Virus record (IMG/VR): IMGVR_UViG_2563366824_000004
From: a virus
Taxonomy: Duplodnaviria; Heunggongvirae; Uroviricota; Caudoviricetes
Length of the DNA stretch: 37,471 bases
Reading direction: 5' to 3' (one strand)
The position numbers were made by a program, and so were the translations under genes. How positions within the stretch are numbered: the stretch's first letter is position 1; each line of letters opens with the position of its first letter. The notes under the pieces were generated by a model. That model saw only the letters and a program-made list of their open reading frames with translations, was not told the DNA's origin and searched no databases. Shown here piece by piece: positions 37,214 through 37,471 of this stretch.

Positions 37214-37471
37214 TCAGGCGTCCAGATTCTCTTTCACCCATGCAGCAAAATCGGTATAGCCGCCGATATGTTGCTGATCGACAAAAATCTGCGGCACGGT
37301 TTCTACGGGTTTACCTGCCTTTTGTTGTAGATCTTCTTTAGTGATCCCTTCCGCACGAATATCAACATACTGATACTGAAAATCATCGCGTTCATTGCTC
37401 AATTTCTCAGCCAGATCTTTTGCACGCACACAGTAAGGGCAACCCGGACGACCAAAAATAACGGTTTGCAT
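37214..37471 (-). CDS. grxA: Glutaredoxin 1
   Basis: MQTVIFGRPGCPYCVRAKDLAEKL: CPYC active site, 85 aa; start codon at the right window edge. Confidence 0.9.
   Translation of the reverse strand: MQTVIFGRPGCPYCVRAKDLAEKLSNERDDFQYQYVDIRAEGITKEDLQQKAGKPVETVPQIFVDQQHIGGYTDFAAWVKENLDA

Noticed and set aside
1-37471. CRISPR array or other short-spaced direct repeats.
   Set aside because: No regularly spaced 28-37 bp direct repeats seen on reading the sequence; the only tandem repetition is the in-frame protein repeat in the tail fibre gene.

Overview
This window is almost entirely one P2/186-family temperate myovirus prophage (about 34.6 kb), running from the integrase stop codon at position 1 to the Ogr late activator at 34398-34616, followed by host genes I recognise as E. 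coli-type ybjL, ybjM and grxA. Gene order is canonical: int, cI, apl/cox, cII, small early ORFs, TraR-like zinc finger, Dam methylase, replication gene A, then Q-P / O-N-M-L-X, lysis cassette, R-S, V-W-J-I-H-G, FI-FII-E-T-U-D, ogr. The cI and cII products match my memory of phage 186 more than P2. Against this conserved backbone, three accessory insertions stand out; they look AT-rich by eye (GC not computed). (1) Around a candidate cos site between A and Q: a LexA-box-controlled small ORF plus a DinI-like gene, a leftward 246-aa Cys-rich protein and a rightward 422-aa P-loop NTPase. (2) A 622-aa KAP-family P-loop NTPase inserted antisense between tail genes S and V. (3) A Cin/Gin/Hin-type invertase with a roughly 1.9-kb invertible tail-fibre segment bounded by 26-bp inverted crossover sites. 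The two cos-flanking cargo genes and the KAP NTPase are the best candidates for undescribed anti-phage or abortive-infection functions, but I cannot name them from sequence alone. All homology statements come from reading the translated ORFs against remembered protein families; no database search was run.
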